Assembly (NCBI RefSeq): GCF_001194135.2
Contig: NC_069004.1
Span: 27,706,790-27,770,789 of the forward strand
DNA: 64,000 bases
Direction of reading: 5' to 3'
DNA from: Octopus bimaculoides
Taxonomy: Eukaryota
Shown here piece after piece: positions 35,830 through 48,537 of the stretch (the first letter of the stretch is position 1; each line of letters opens with the position of its first letter). The notes beneath the pieces are model-generated. The model was not told where the DNA came from. It worked only from the letters and a program-made list of their open reading frames with translations, and made no database searches. Made by a program: the position numbers and the translations under genes.

Positions 35830-36050
35830 GGCTTGTAAGTGCTGGTGCCACATAAAAAGCATCTATGCTGGTGCTGCATAAAAGCACCCAGTACACTCTG
35901 TAAAGTGGTTGGCATTAGGAAGGACATCCAGCTGTAGAAACCTTGCCAAAACAGACAGATAGCCTAAACAGCTCTTCAGCTGGTTAGCTCCTGTCAAACT
36001 GTCCAACCCATGCCAGCATGGAAAACAGATCTTGAATGATGATGATAATG
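35830..36050 (+). mobile_element. RTE-type 3' UTR/tail copy
   Basis: GTGCTGGTGCCACATAAAAAGC...GTTGGCATTAGGAAGGACATCCAGCTGTAGAAACC...GAATGATGATGAT. Confidence 0.85.
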
Positions 36051-36349
36051 ATACACATTTATGTGTATATATATTTATACATGTTTGTGCATATATACAT
36101 ATATATTTATTTGTATGTATGTATATGTGTGCATGTGTGTGTATATATATATATCTTTTAATTGTTTCAGTCATTTAATTATGGCCATGCTGGGATACTA
36201 CCTTGAATGGTTTTAGTCAAATAAATCGACTCCAGAACTTTTTTTTTAAGCCTAGTACTTATTTTATCAGTCTCTTTCAGTTAAGCGCTAAGTTACAAGG
36301 ATGTAAACACACCATTGATTTCGGTTCTATTATTTCAGTTATATCTTGT

Positions 36350-36728
36350 ACTAGAGTGGCTGTGTGGCAAGTAGCTTGCTTACCAACCACATGGTTCCGG
36401 GTTCAGTCTCACTGCATAGCACTTTGGGCAAGTGTCTTCTACTATGGCCTTAGGCGGACCAAAGCCTTGTGAGTGAATTTGGTAGACAGAAACTGAAAGA
36501 AGCCCGTCGTGTGTATGTGTGTGTGTGTGTGTGTCTGTGTTCGTTACACCACCATTGCTTGACAGCCGATATTGGTGTATTTATGTCCCCATAACTTAGC
36601 GATCTGGCAAAAGAGACCGATAGAATAAGTATTAGGCTTTCAAATAATAAGTCCTGGGGTTGATTTGTTTGACTAAAGGCGGTGCTGTAGCATGGCCACA
36701 GTAAAATGACTGAAACAAGTAAAAGAAT
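36350..36728 (+). mobile_element. SINE family A, full length, lying between two parts of an older minus-strand family A copy (about 36160-36310 and 36745-37040)
   Basis: Full head-to-tail family A. The flanks are the tail and the body/head of an older antisense copy. Confidence 0.85.
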
Positions 36729-37663
36729 TTTTTAAGATAACAAAAGAATAATCAACCCCAGTATTTATATCTTTTTTAAGCCTGGTATTTATTCTATCAG
36801 TCTTTTTTTTTTTATGTTGATGTATACATCAACACCAGTTGTCAAGCAGTGAAGGGGACAAACACACACACACAGGCACATATATATATGATGGACTTCT
36901 TTCAGTTTCTGTCTACCAAATCTATTCAAAAGGCTTTGGTCAGCCCAAAAGTAGAAGACATTTGCCCCAGGCCCCACACAGTAGGACTGAACCAAGGACC
37001 ATATGGTTGGGAGACAAGCTTCTTACCATACAGCTACACCTGCACATATTCAAAACTTTTCTTTTACCACTCACTGTCAATTGAGAAATACGAGTTATAG
37101 CAAGTGATCCAGTGTGTTGAGCTGTTTTAGGCATTATTTATAAGTTCTTTGTTTGTTTTTCAACATTTAAAGAGTGAGAGAGTATGGGTGAGATGAAAAT
37201 TATAAAAAGGTAAAGAAGGAGAATTTGTGTGTGTGAGAGGAGAATCCTATGATATTCACCTCTGATCTAAGCAGCACTTTGATGTTTGCTATTTGTGGTT
37301 CTTGTCCTGACGTGCTTTAAATACAGAACACAAATGGAAAGAAGATTTTCTCTTTTTTAGTTAAAGCTTCCCCCGTAATAATCACCTTGGGTTTTTCATT
37401 ATTGCTGTTATGTCTGTCCATTTACATTTTCCCAGGTGTTGATAAATTAGATACCAGTTATATACTCCAGTTGATGCAATAAATCATTTTCTTCTGGCCT
37501 TACAAAGAAAACGAGTATTTTTAAGGGTTTTTTTTTTTTTTTTTTTTTTTTAATGTGGGCAAAAGAAATAGTTTCCTTTCAGAAAATAAAAGTAAACTAT
37601 ATTGTTAAAAAAAACACAAAAAACCCCCCAGAAATCTGTAAGCNNNNNNNNNNTATATATATG

Positions 37664-37698
<35 letters not shown>

Positions 37699-39316
37699 CA
37701 TACATACATACATACACGAATCATTTTTTTTTATTGTGAAACTATATAGCCTATATATATATATATATGTGTGTGTGTATGCACTTGCACATGTACATGT
37801 GCTTGCATGTTCCATTTTGTTTGAATATTTATGGAAAGCGTAAGTCTTGCAAATGCAAAAACCAGAAATTATTCATATTGTATATTTAATGGAATTACAC
37901 TTGTTTTTTTTTTATTTGTTTCTCCCTTATTTCTTTTTTCATTATGTTTTTATTCATCACAGTGTTCTCTTTCTCGCTTTCACTTTCATGGCGAGTTTGG
38001 GAGGCATATTAAATCACTATCTAATTACACATGACGGATAATATGTATCTTACCTTTTTAAACTATAATTGAAAGAGTTGTTTATCGTGCATTAAGAATT
38101 CGAGAATATATATGGAAATTCTCTTCACTCACACATCAAACGGATATGCATTTTGTTGTGAATAAAATGTTTACATTATCTGTATAATATTTGTGGAAAT
38201 GTCAGCTTGGCTCAGAGGTTATAATCTAATTTTGCTTCATAAATGATATGGTAATAATAATAATAATATTGATGATGACGATAGCTATGACGATAATGTA
38301 TTACCAGATAATTGCGTCGGGGAAATTTTCATATCATAAATATGAATGTAATCAGAGGAGTCTTCATTGAATGTTTGGTAGATGGTGCTGGCAATTCAGC
38401 TATGATTATTATGACTCGGTTGGTGTTACCGAATCATAAAAAGGGGCTGTAAATGACTATTGGCTCTTCAAAAGTGTGAAAGGAATCGACTACCTAGCAA
38501 GGGAAAGTGAGAGAAAGCGAGAGATACTTGATCATGTTCAAAATTGGTTCGTTATCTATATAAAAGCATCTGATTAAAGAACTGGTAATAATTTCCCATT
38601 ACTTTTATTATTATTATATATTTATGGTATGTGTAAGGGGAGATATGGTCATTATGTAATGCAGAGATATGATGGTGAAAATGGAGGTATGCCTTTAGTT
38701 TTGAAATGCTTGTAATTTCTTTACAATAGCACCGTGATGAAACTCTTGTGGCAGTAACTGAAAGAAGTAGATCCATTGTTGGGAAGTTTATCTACTTCAT
38801 GCTAGCACACTAATAGAAGTAGTCAAATCAGCATTTAGAAAACACAATTTATGTATGTTATGCTCAGAGAAGCCTTGTTGGTTGTGGCTGTTGTGTAAGT
38901 TAGTCCTGATCAAGTAGACTTAACATCAAAGACATTCCAGGTTTTAGCCATCTCTTCTTTTATTCACACAGTGTATCTAGGGCAACATATCCCAGTGTGT
39001 TCTGTTTAAAAGCAAGAGGATTTGGTTGCTACTACTAAGATGTCAAGTAACTCTTTAGAGGCTTAAACTTTGGTGAGACTCCCATTATTTTCCAGTGTGT
39101 CATTTCTATCGCTTTGCCTTTCCAAAGCATTTTATAGTTTGTCCTAAATGTCCATGCTTGTTTTTAGACTTTCAATTATCCCTTGTTTCATATGGTCCGA
39201 GTAATATAAAGGTTTCCTTTCATAAGCCCCAAGTTATTCTGATGCTTGGGAAGAAAAGAAGTTAAAATGAAGAGGATTTGGCTGCTGCTACTAGTAAGTC
39301 TCAAACTTTGGTGAAG

Positions 39317-39506
39317 CATCATCATCATCATCGTTTAATGTCCGCTTTCCATGCTAGCATGGGTTGGACGATTTGACTGAGGACTGGTGAACCAGATGGC
39401 TACACCAGGCTCCAATCTGATTTGGCAGAGTTTCTACAGCTGAATGCCTTTCCTAATGCCAACCACTCCGAGAGTGTAGTGGGTGCTTTTACGTGCCACC
39501 GGCACG
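39317..39506 (-). mobile_element. RTE-type 3' UTR copy, 5'-truncated
   Basis: (CAT)n-CGTTTAATGTCCGCTTTCCATGCTAGCATGGG...ACGTGCCACCGGCACG. Confidence 0.9.
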
Positions 39507-40779
39507 AACACCATCGTTTAATCAGTATTCTAGTGATGGCAATCTCCTCTTCCTTCTTTCTGGTATAGAGAGCCTTATTTTAAAGATGAATTTATATGCA
39601 GGGTATTTAGCTGATAGAGCAAATGAAGCTACTGTGTGAAAAATTGCTTACTAGCATGTATAATAGCCAAAAGGTGGAGGTAAATAATGCCATTGTTAGT
39701 CAACTACAGGTTTGAAGTTTGCTCTGTAGGTCACTGAACAGTTGCTAAAGTTATTGATTAGAATATTGATAGATGATGATAAAGATGGTGAGCAGAACAA
39801 CAACAACAATGATGATGATCTAGACAGGGAAATCCTATTCAACTAGAACCTATCTTTCTTTCTTCCATTTTCAAAATAACTACTTGGTCATGAAATTGGC
39901 CCTTTCTCTGTTCATTTGTGTTTTATTCTCTGTTTGTGTCTAATTCAAAAGATATTACTTTCAAAACAATTCATTATTTTATTACCAATGATTCTTATTG
40001 GACATGAATTAATGACATATTTTAGAAATTATTTCATTTCCTATAAGATTAACCTAGCATTTTCCAGCAAACATCAATTTCCTAAACCATTAAATTTGAC
40101 TGTCACCTGTTAAGATTTCAGGCTGTATTGCTCCTACAAGAAACTTCTCTGTTTAATCAGCGAAATGCTTTTGAGAATCAAATAATATTTATCTGTGTAT
40201 AATAGTGTATGCTCAGCAAGTAAAATATATTTGATGTTGCTGTAAGATGCTAACTTCCATATAAATCATATATTGTCACTTTCTATCTCAAACACGAACA
40301 CTGTCCATGAATTCTGAATCATGACACAAAGGAAAAGCTAAAAGCCTGACAGCATTTATTTCTTCGATATTAACATATTTCGTATGTCGCTTGATTTCAC
40401 TTCTATTTATTTGGTCATTTTTTTCTTTTATTGCAACCAGTTTCCCCCCCCCCCCCCTTAGCCTGCTATGGGTTTGTTTGCCCTGCAAGTTTTTGATATT
40501 TTCCAATTGCTATTTTTTGGTAACTTACAGCTGGCTGGCCCACTACATATTTTGTGGTATTAATTTCATTTTCTTCTTATTTTTCTTATGCTTTCACTGC
40601 TTCAATTTTAATGTCTCCATGACATTTTGTTGAGAAGTTACAAAATTTGTAGCATTTATCCTCCATTCATTCTTTCTACAGCACTATTTCCGAGTGATTT
40701 CAGCTATTTTCTTCAGATTTAACTTAGTGCCAAATTTACTTCACAACTTTTCCATTATTAATTAAATTTGCTTTTATAT

Positions 40780-40914
40780 CATCATCATCATCATTATCAT
40801 CATTTAACAACCGTTGTCCATGCTGGCATGGGTTGGATGGTTTGATCAGGGCTGGTAAGCTGAGAGGCTGCACTAGACTCCACTCTGTATGTGTGTGTAT
40901 GCGTGTATACACAC

Positions 40915-40954
<40 letters not shown>

Positions 40955-41100
40955 GTGTAGCTGTATGGTTAAGAAGTTTACTTCCCCACCACTTAAGTTT
41001 CAAGTTCAGTCTCACTGTGTAGCATGTTTGCCAGGCGCTTTCTGCTATAAACCCAGGTTGACTAAAGATTTGGTATTCAAAAACTGAAAGAAGCCTGATG
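40780..41100. mobile_element. RTE tail (minus, 40780-40885), (CA)n, then SINE family A head+core (plus, about 40955-41100)
   Basis: Both match families seen elsewhere in the window. Confidence 0.7.
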
Positions 41101-41117
41101 TTTATTACATATATATA

Positions 41118-41481
41118 ACTCGACTCGGTTGGTCACGAATGACCATGGGTGCGCCTAAGGGATTCCCCTCTGGGGTTCAAGTCTGAGCAGAAAGTCACCT
41201 CACTGGTGAACGCACAACCTAGGGTTGTTTTTATGGAAGACCGGCAGTCGCCCATGCATACCGGCCTCCCCGCTCCACGCCACCGATGTTATTCAAGGGA
41301 AAGGCAAAGGCCGATACAGCTTGGCACCAGTGACATTGCAACTCATTCCTACGGCTGAGTGAACTGGAGCAACACGAATTAAGGCGTCTTGCTCAAGAAC
41401 ACTACACGCAGTCCGGTCTGGGAATCTAACTCACAGCCTCATGATCGTAAGCTTGATGCTCTAACCACTGAGGCATGCGCC

Positions 41482-41486
<5 letters not shown>
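41118..41486 (-). mobile_element. tRNA-headed SINE family C, full length
   Basis: Minus strand GTGAAGGCGCATGCCTCAGTGGTTAGAG (A box)...GTTAGATTCC (B box)...GTGTTCTTGAGCAAGACGCC...CATGGTCATTCGTGACCAACCGAGTC. Confidence 0.88.
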
Positions 41487-41526
<40 letters not shown>

Positions 41527-42359
41527 TAAATATAAGGTTAAAAAATTAAGGTCAAGAAAATACATGTTAAACACAGTATTGGAACCTTATTTCAAGGTAA
41601 GTCCCAGGTCTTGTGTCCGTGGAGCACGTTCACCACTTATGGCTACCAGGCATCATCAGCAATACTTAGCAAACATCGTTGTAATAATTCCAGGAATTCC
41701 AGCATGGTCTTCAGGAATATATTAACTATAAAAAGAGAAGACAGAATGTACAAACAAAAAAATTTATATTACCACAAGAATTGTTTCATCTTCAAGATGC
41801 ACTGCTCTATTAGGGTAGCTGGTGGGGAGGGGAGGCGGTCCACCCTGGACAGCACTTTTAAAGGTATACAAAGATAGAAAAATATGGGTGTATATGCATA
41901 TATACACCCATAATGCTATATATATGCATATTTTATTGGGTGTATGTGCATATTTCAATTCCTGCGCCTTCTTCAGCACCACATCCAACTCATTAACCAT
42001 CCACAAATTCATTGCTTAAAAAGCTACTAAATATAGCAGTGTAATGCAATTGGATATCTACTAGTTTTACATATTAAATACATTCCTGGTAACTGGTATG
42101 TTTTGATTTATAAGCCATGTATTTGGTAGTATATTATGGTTGCATAACGAAATTCAGTGTTCCTACCAGCAACTGATATATAAACATATAAAACATATAA
42201 GGCTTGCACTCTCAACCAAATGATTCCAAGATCAGTCCCATTGCATGGTACCTTGTGCTAGTATCTTCTACTAATTCAGTTTGGCCCCACATCAACCAAA
42301 CTAGATTTGATGGAGAAAAAGTTAAAGAAACCTATTGTGTGCATGTGTGTATGCATATA

Positions 42360-42574
42360 TGAGGGAGTACTAAAAAGTTCCCGGCTTTTGGTAAAAGAAA
42401 ATACAGGAGGATCAGTTAATTATGATTTTATATAACATATTTCCATCTCAGATTCACACACTTATTCCAGCTGTCCTTCAGTTTTTCCAAGCCCCATAAA
42501 AGAACTCGAAAGGTTGAGCCTCTAACCAGGCCTTTCATGATACCCTTCGGGCCTGGAACTTTTCAACATCCCCT

Positions 42575-42576
<2 letters not shown>
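42360..42576. mobile_element. Mariner-type MITE (217 bp) with TA TSD
   Basis: Imperfect 26-bp TIRs, TGAGGGAGTACTAAAAAGTTCCCGGC vs the reverse complement CAAGGGGATGTTGAAAAGTTCCAGGC (18/26), with TA on both sides. Confidence 0.75.
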
Positions 42577-42614
<38 letters not shown>

Positions 42615-42620
<6 letters not shown>

Positions 42621-42726
42621 TTGGACAAAGTAATGGAAACATCTTAAAATTTCAAACAAATTCTACAAGGTATGGACTCGTACAAAGTTTGAATTGTTTC
42701 CAAAGGAATTTTTGTCCATTCTTTAG
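42615..42726 (-). mobile_element. Tc1-family remnant: transposase C-terminal peptide joined to a terminal repeat
   Basis: Minus strand 42724-42659 reads KEWTKIPLETIQTLYESIPCRI (Tc1 motif EWxxIxxxxIxxLxxSMPxR). The adjacent AGGGTTTGGACAAAGTAATGGAAACA resembles a Tc1 TIR, next to (TA)n. Confidence 0.7.
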
Positions 42727-44339
42727 TGTTTGTATACACACACACACACACACACACACCATACATATTTATGCATTTGTACTGCATGAGTTAATTTTCT
42801 GCCTCCAATTATTTTGTATTTGAAACTTTGTTCTTTCAAGTGAAAAACAAGAACACATCTTTATGTTCAACCAGTTCATAGACAGTTGGGTTATAAAAGA
42901 TGTTCTATGACATCATCAGAGCTTTTGAATACATGCTTCCTTTGTCAATTCTTTGGAATCTTCTTTTCCCACAAAATGGTTGGTGCTAGTGGGAGTGAGT
43001 GTAGGTCAATAAGTGGGATACAGAACTCTAGTATGAAATATGTTTTCAAATTATATCTGTAATTAAAGGTAGAGCTAAATTTCTATGTACTAAATATGAT
43101 ATACTACAAAAAAAAAAAAAACTCTTTTTTCCTTCTTTGTATCTTCCCCCTTTTTTTTTTCATAATATTACCTTTTCCAAACTTGTTCTGACCAAATATT
43201 TTACGAACACAAGACATTTTTTTTATTCAGTAATTTCTTTTATTCATCTTCAGTTTTCAGTATAGCTGGGTATATTCTTTCTAATTAAGGTACTTTACAA
43301 GATTTATAGCAGAAATACCATTTCCTTTAACAGATAAATGTTTTCCTTCAAACACTGGATGAACAGTGAAAAGTAAAANNNNNNNNNNNNNNNNNNNNNN
43401 NNNNNNNNNNNNNNNNNNNNNNNNNNNNNNNNNNNNNNNNNNNNNNNNNNNNNNNNNNNNNNNNNNNNNNNNNNNNNNNNNNNNNNNNNNNNNNNNNNNN
43501 NNNNNNNNNNNNNNNNNNNNNNNNNNNNNNNNNNNNNNNNNNNNNNNNNNNNNNNNNNNNNNNNNNNNNNNNNNNNNNNNNNNNNNNNNNNNNNNNNNNN
43601 NNNNNNNNNNNNNNNNNNNNNNNNNNNNNNNNNNNNNNNNNNNNNNNNNNNNNNNNNNNNNNNNNNNNNNNNNNNNNNNNNNNNNNNNNNNNNNNNNNNN
43701 NNNNNNNNNNNNNNNNNNNNNNNNNNNNNNNNNNNNNNNNNNNNNNNNTATATATATATATATGTGTGTGTGTATGTATTTTTGTTTTTGCACTTTTCTT
43801 AGCATATTCTTTTATGCAGACATACATATACATCAATGTAGATTGCGTGTGTATGTGATATTTCTCTTTTATGTATATTCGTTATTATGTATGTATCTTG
43901 TATAAGTTATCATGTCTAAACAATCTACTTAATTAGATGAAATGTTTGGGGAAAAAGTATTTGTCATGTAGATTTGATAGGAATTTTGGGCATTGAGCGC
44001 TTTTGCTAATTTTTTTTCTATTTACTTTTATATGTGATTATATCAGCCACTGCTCTCCTTTTGCATGGAGCATCAGGGATTATTTTTTTAAAAGGAGTCA
44101 TATGAAACTTCTCTCAGACTCACTACAGAAGCAGTCAGCATATTCAAACTACATATACCATTCCTAAAAGATGCAATTGTTAGAAACCTCAAATCCTTCA
44201 AAATTTATCTGAGTTGAGATAAATAAATTTTTTAAAAACCTACCGCATGACACCTGTTCTTGCCCCTCTATCATACTTCGACCTCTTATCACTTGGCATA
44301 AAGCCACCATCCTCAATTCTATACCCTCTCAGTTGTGGG

Positions 44340-44545
44340 TCTTGTCTTGCAAGTTATTAACTTCAATACTGCCAGTGCCATGTAAAAAACATCCAGTACG
44401 CTCCTGTAAAGAAGTTGACATTAGGAAGGGCATCCACCCATAGAAACCATGCAAACACTGGCACTGGGGCTTAGCACAGTCCTCTGGCTCACTGGCTCCT
44501 GTTGAACTATCCAACTCATGCTAGCATGGAAAATGGATATTGAAT
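44340..44545 (+). mobile_element. RTE-type 3' UTR/tail copy
   Basis: GTTGACATTAGGAAGGGCATCCACCCATAGAAACC...CCAACTCATGCTAGCATGGAAAATGG. Confidence 0.75.
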
Positions 44546-45459
44546 GAGTGTGTGTGTGTGTGTGTGGCTTAGGAAAAAGAGCAGTGTAACACAGACCCTT
44601 TTCCAGGTTCTCTGAGACTGGTTCAATGGAAGGGAAGTAGAAAGCCATCCTCAAACTGAAGACCTGGGCCTCATGGTTGCATTGCAACAGTGTGAACACA
44701 ATAAAAGGCAACCTAGGGCCAGTTGTTCCATGTTAATTCTAGGTAAATGGATTAAGTTCACTGCCCAAGTAGACCATGGTGGGATTTGAACTTGAAACAC
44801 TATGAACCAGAAGAAATACCAGAAGGCAGCCCATACAAACTCAAATGATTATAACAGTTAACTGCTCTAAACTACTATGTTTGACCACAGAAGTATGAAA
44901 GGTAGAGTTGACCCTGGTGAATTTGAACTTAGAATGCAAGGAACTAGAATACATACCACAAAGCATTTTACCCAACACTGTATTGTTTCTACCAGTTTGC
45001 CCTCTTATAGTACCAACTTGATTGACTGAGAAATATATTTACCTGTACAACACTTGTCACCTAGTTATCATTCACAATAAACACATAAGTATCAGATTGC
45101 ATTCCATAAGGGAGGAGAAAAAAATAAATTGTTTAGAAAATTGTTTATGCAAACCTAAGATTTTCTTTTGTAAGTTGTGTCACAAAATTCAGGAAACAAT
45201 AAAAATCATTTATTCAATGTCAAAAGATAATAGTTATTTAGTTTGAAACAAAGCCCCCTAATTTGTAGAGATGGTTGCATACCTGCAACTTAATCTATCA
45301 TCCCTGAAGAAATGAAAGACAAGGTGAAACCAAACAAGTGTGAACTTAAAGGAGGTATAAAAGAGATGGAACTAAAAACTGAGAAGTAGGTTTGGTCTCT
45401 CTCAGACTCTGCTTCTCCACTGGTTTCTCTAAAAGCATAAACAATATCCTATATGCATA

Positions 45460-45720
45460 CATTCTTATTCTTTTACTCTTTTACTTGTTTCAGTCATTTG
45501 ACTGCAGCCATGTTACAGAAATTTAAACACACTAATATTGAAAGGCACACACACACACACACATACACTCATATATACACAACAGTCTTGTTTCAGTTTC
45601 CATCTAACAGATCCACTCACAAGGCTTTGGTTGGCCCTGGGCTATAGTAGAAGATACTTGCCTAAGAACCCAGAACCATGTGGTTGAGAAGTAAGCTCCT
45701 TACCACACAGCCATGCTGCA
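45460..45720 (-). mobile_element. SINE family A with internal deletions
   Basis: TACTCTTTTACTTGTTTCAGTCATTTGACTG...TCCACTCACAAGGCTTTGG...CCACACAGCCATG. Confidence 0.75.
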
Positions 45721-46504
45721 CATCTTAATCTTATGTATACATTTTTTGTCGTGACTGTTTTTATGTCTGCTTTTTCCTGTGGTGACATGGATTTGAATAT
45801 CTTAATGAAATCTGATCTCTGCAACTCTGATCTCAACCTACCTGTCCAAGAGGCATGAACTCTGAATATGATCTGATACACAGTAGATTAGACTTTAATC
45901 CTTGTGCAGACCAACTCTCCCTAATGCTGGTAGCATAATAAAATGGATTATGATATATGTCCAAGTGTATTAGATAAAAAATCAGGAATTCTGGCATTCA
46001 TACTTTAACCACGTCCATGAACCAAGTAAAGTGAAACCAGTCACTAATGGAAGTATATAAACTCAACATACCTGCTCAAAACAACAAGTAAAAATATTTT
46101 ATAACTTTCTTGCCTAAAGACTTTGTACTTTATCGTTAATGATACAATATTATTCTGTGATGTTAGCTGAAAGGCTGAGACCAATAATTTGAAGACAGAA
46201 TAGTGCATGCCACCCATTGAAAATAATAGGTCTTGATAGTATTATATAAACACATTGATACTTGGGCCATAAAAAATGACAGGTTTTATACTTACAACAA
46301 GTTTTACTGGTCTACTGAACGGTTTAATGGTAGGCTGTAAAAATTGAATTAAAACTGATAATATTATATTTACAGAAATATTACCATATTATTTATAAAA
46401 CATTGAAAAATTTACATACACACACACACATGTGAATAGATATGTGTGTGTGTATGTATATATATATATATACACACACACACATATGCATATTCAAAGA
46501 TTTA

Positions 46505-46935
46505 CAGATGTGAGTGTTTAGTAAGAAGTTTTCTTCCCAACCATGTGGTTCTGGGTTCAGTCCTACTGTGTGGCATCTTGGGCAAGTGTCTTCTGTATAC
46601 TGTAGCTTGGGGGCCGACCAAAGCTTTGTGAGGGGAACTGGTTGATAGAAACTGAAAGAAGCTATTGTGCGTGTGTGTGTGTGTATTATAGAGAGAGGGA
46701 AAGGGAGGGAGAGAGATGCATACAATATATAGAGGAGTGTGTGTTTTTGTATATGTTCCCCACACACACACTTGACAACTGGTTTTGGTTTACTTACTCC
46801 CTTTAATTAGCAGTTCAGCAAAAGAGAGTGATACAATGAGGACCTGGCTTTAAAAAAATAGTACCAGGATTGATTTGTTTGACGGAAACTCTTCAAGGCA
46901 TTGCTCTATCATGGGCTGCAGTCCAGTGACTTTGA
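46505..46935 (+). mobile_element. SINE family A, near full length
   Basis: Head, core with GGCATCTTGGGCAAGTGTCTTCT, internal repeats, tail GACAAGTAAAAAGG. Confidence 0.75.
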
Positions 46936-47004
46936 CAAGTAAAAAGGTAAAGGAGATATGTGTATCATACATAAATAATTATACTAATATTTATATTTAA
47001 TTTT

Positions 47005-47990
47005 AAGAGATGAGCTGGCAAATTTGTTAGCATATTGAACAAAATGTTTAGCATCATTTCTGGCTCTTTCCATTCTGAGTTCAAATTCTGCTGTGGTCAA
47101 CTTTGCCTTTCATCCTTTTGGGGTCAATAAAAAGAAAAAAAGGTAGCAGTTGAGTACTGGGGTTGATGTAATCGAATAACCCCCTCCCTGAAAATTTCAG
47201 GCCTTGTGCTTATAGTAAAAAGGATAATTATTAAGGTGAGCTAAATGCTTAGTGAAATTTCTTTTTCTTCATTCTCACTTCTTTCCTCTTTACTTGAGGC
47301 CTATAAGTACCAGTTGAGCACTGAACATGGGGTGCATGTAGGTGACTGCTCCCTCACCTACAATTTTAGGCCCCTTTCCTATACCAGGAAGAAGCATGCC
47401 AGGCAAAATGCTTAATGGCATTTTATTTATTTGCTTTTTTGGGGTTTTTTTTTTTGCTCTGAGTTCTAATTCTGCTGAGGTCAACTTTGCCTTTCATCCT
47501 TTTAGAGTTGATAAATAAGTACCAGTTGAACACTGGGGGTTGATGTAATCAACTAGCCTCCTCCCCACAAATTTCAGGCCTTGTGCCTATAGTAGAAATG
47601 ATTATTTTTATTATTATTATTATTTCAAATTCCACCAAGGTTGACTTTGCCTTTCATCCTTTTTGGGTCAATAAAATGAATACCAGTTGAACACTGGGTT
47701 CGATCTAATCTATCTACCCACCTCTCCTGAAATTACAGGTCTTGTGCCAAAATTTGAAATCATTATTATTATTATGGCAAGCTTGACAGAATTGTTAGCA
47801 TGTCAGACAAAATGCTAAGCAGCATTTCTTCTGGTTCTTTATATTCTGAGATCAAATTCCACCAAGGCTGGCTTTGCTTCTCATTCGTACAGAGTCAATA
47901 AAACAAGTACCAGTCAAGCACTGAAGTCAGTGTAATTGACTTACTCCCTCCTGTCAAAATTGCAGGCTTTGCACCAAAATTAGAAAGAAT
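47005..47990 (+). mobile_element. Cluster of four or five family B SINE copies, mostly head-to-tail, joined by (ATT)n
   Basis: Copies at about 47005-47230, 47390-47605, 47625-47760 and 47775-47990, plus a short inverted piece near 47310-47390. Confidence 0.8.
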
Positions 47991-48537
47991 TGTTTTATAT
48001 TACTACTGCAGTGTTGCTGTTGTTTTCTGTTGTAACTTCCTCGTGGTCCATTAATAAATGTTTATAGATATCATAAAGTATTCTGCATTTGATTCTGCAG
48101 AATTAATCTGATTTTCATTGCTGAAAATAGATATTCCAATATATTGTTTCTCCATTATGGAATACATGCTGAGATGAATTATAGTTTATTATTGTTGTTA
48201 CTATTCTTTTTTGTTCATATTGAGTTTTTGGTGAGTTGCTGCAGAATATAGACTAGATGTTTTACGGTAATGTTTTATATGAGGCTAGCTGGAGGGAAGG
48301 TTCATAGGTATGGAAAAGAGAGAAAGAGATACAGAGAAATACTTGTGGTTGAGTTGGGTGGGAGCTTCCTTTTAAAAGCTGAAAAAAAGTAGCTAAGTTT
48401 GCCTTTTTTGTTTTAATTATGTAAAATTGAAAACTGGAAACATTAAATCTGATAATTAGAGCAGTGTAATTGGGCTTGAATATGAACTGTTTACTATAGA
48501 GAGATAAAAATTCATGTAGCTGTAGTTTGTCAGTGTT

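Noticed and set aside
41590-41720. Possible third R4/Dong C-terminal relic (minus strand ELLQRCLLSIA)
   Set aside because: Similarity is too short and weak to support a call.
41810-41860. GC-rich GGGAGGCGGTCCACCCTGG, resembling a DNA-transposon 5' end
   Set aside because: No partner terminus or TSD found.
44100-44330. Possible CR1-group 3' relic (FK..I..INKFFKNLPHD)
   Set aside because: Only a vague motif resemblance.
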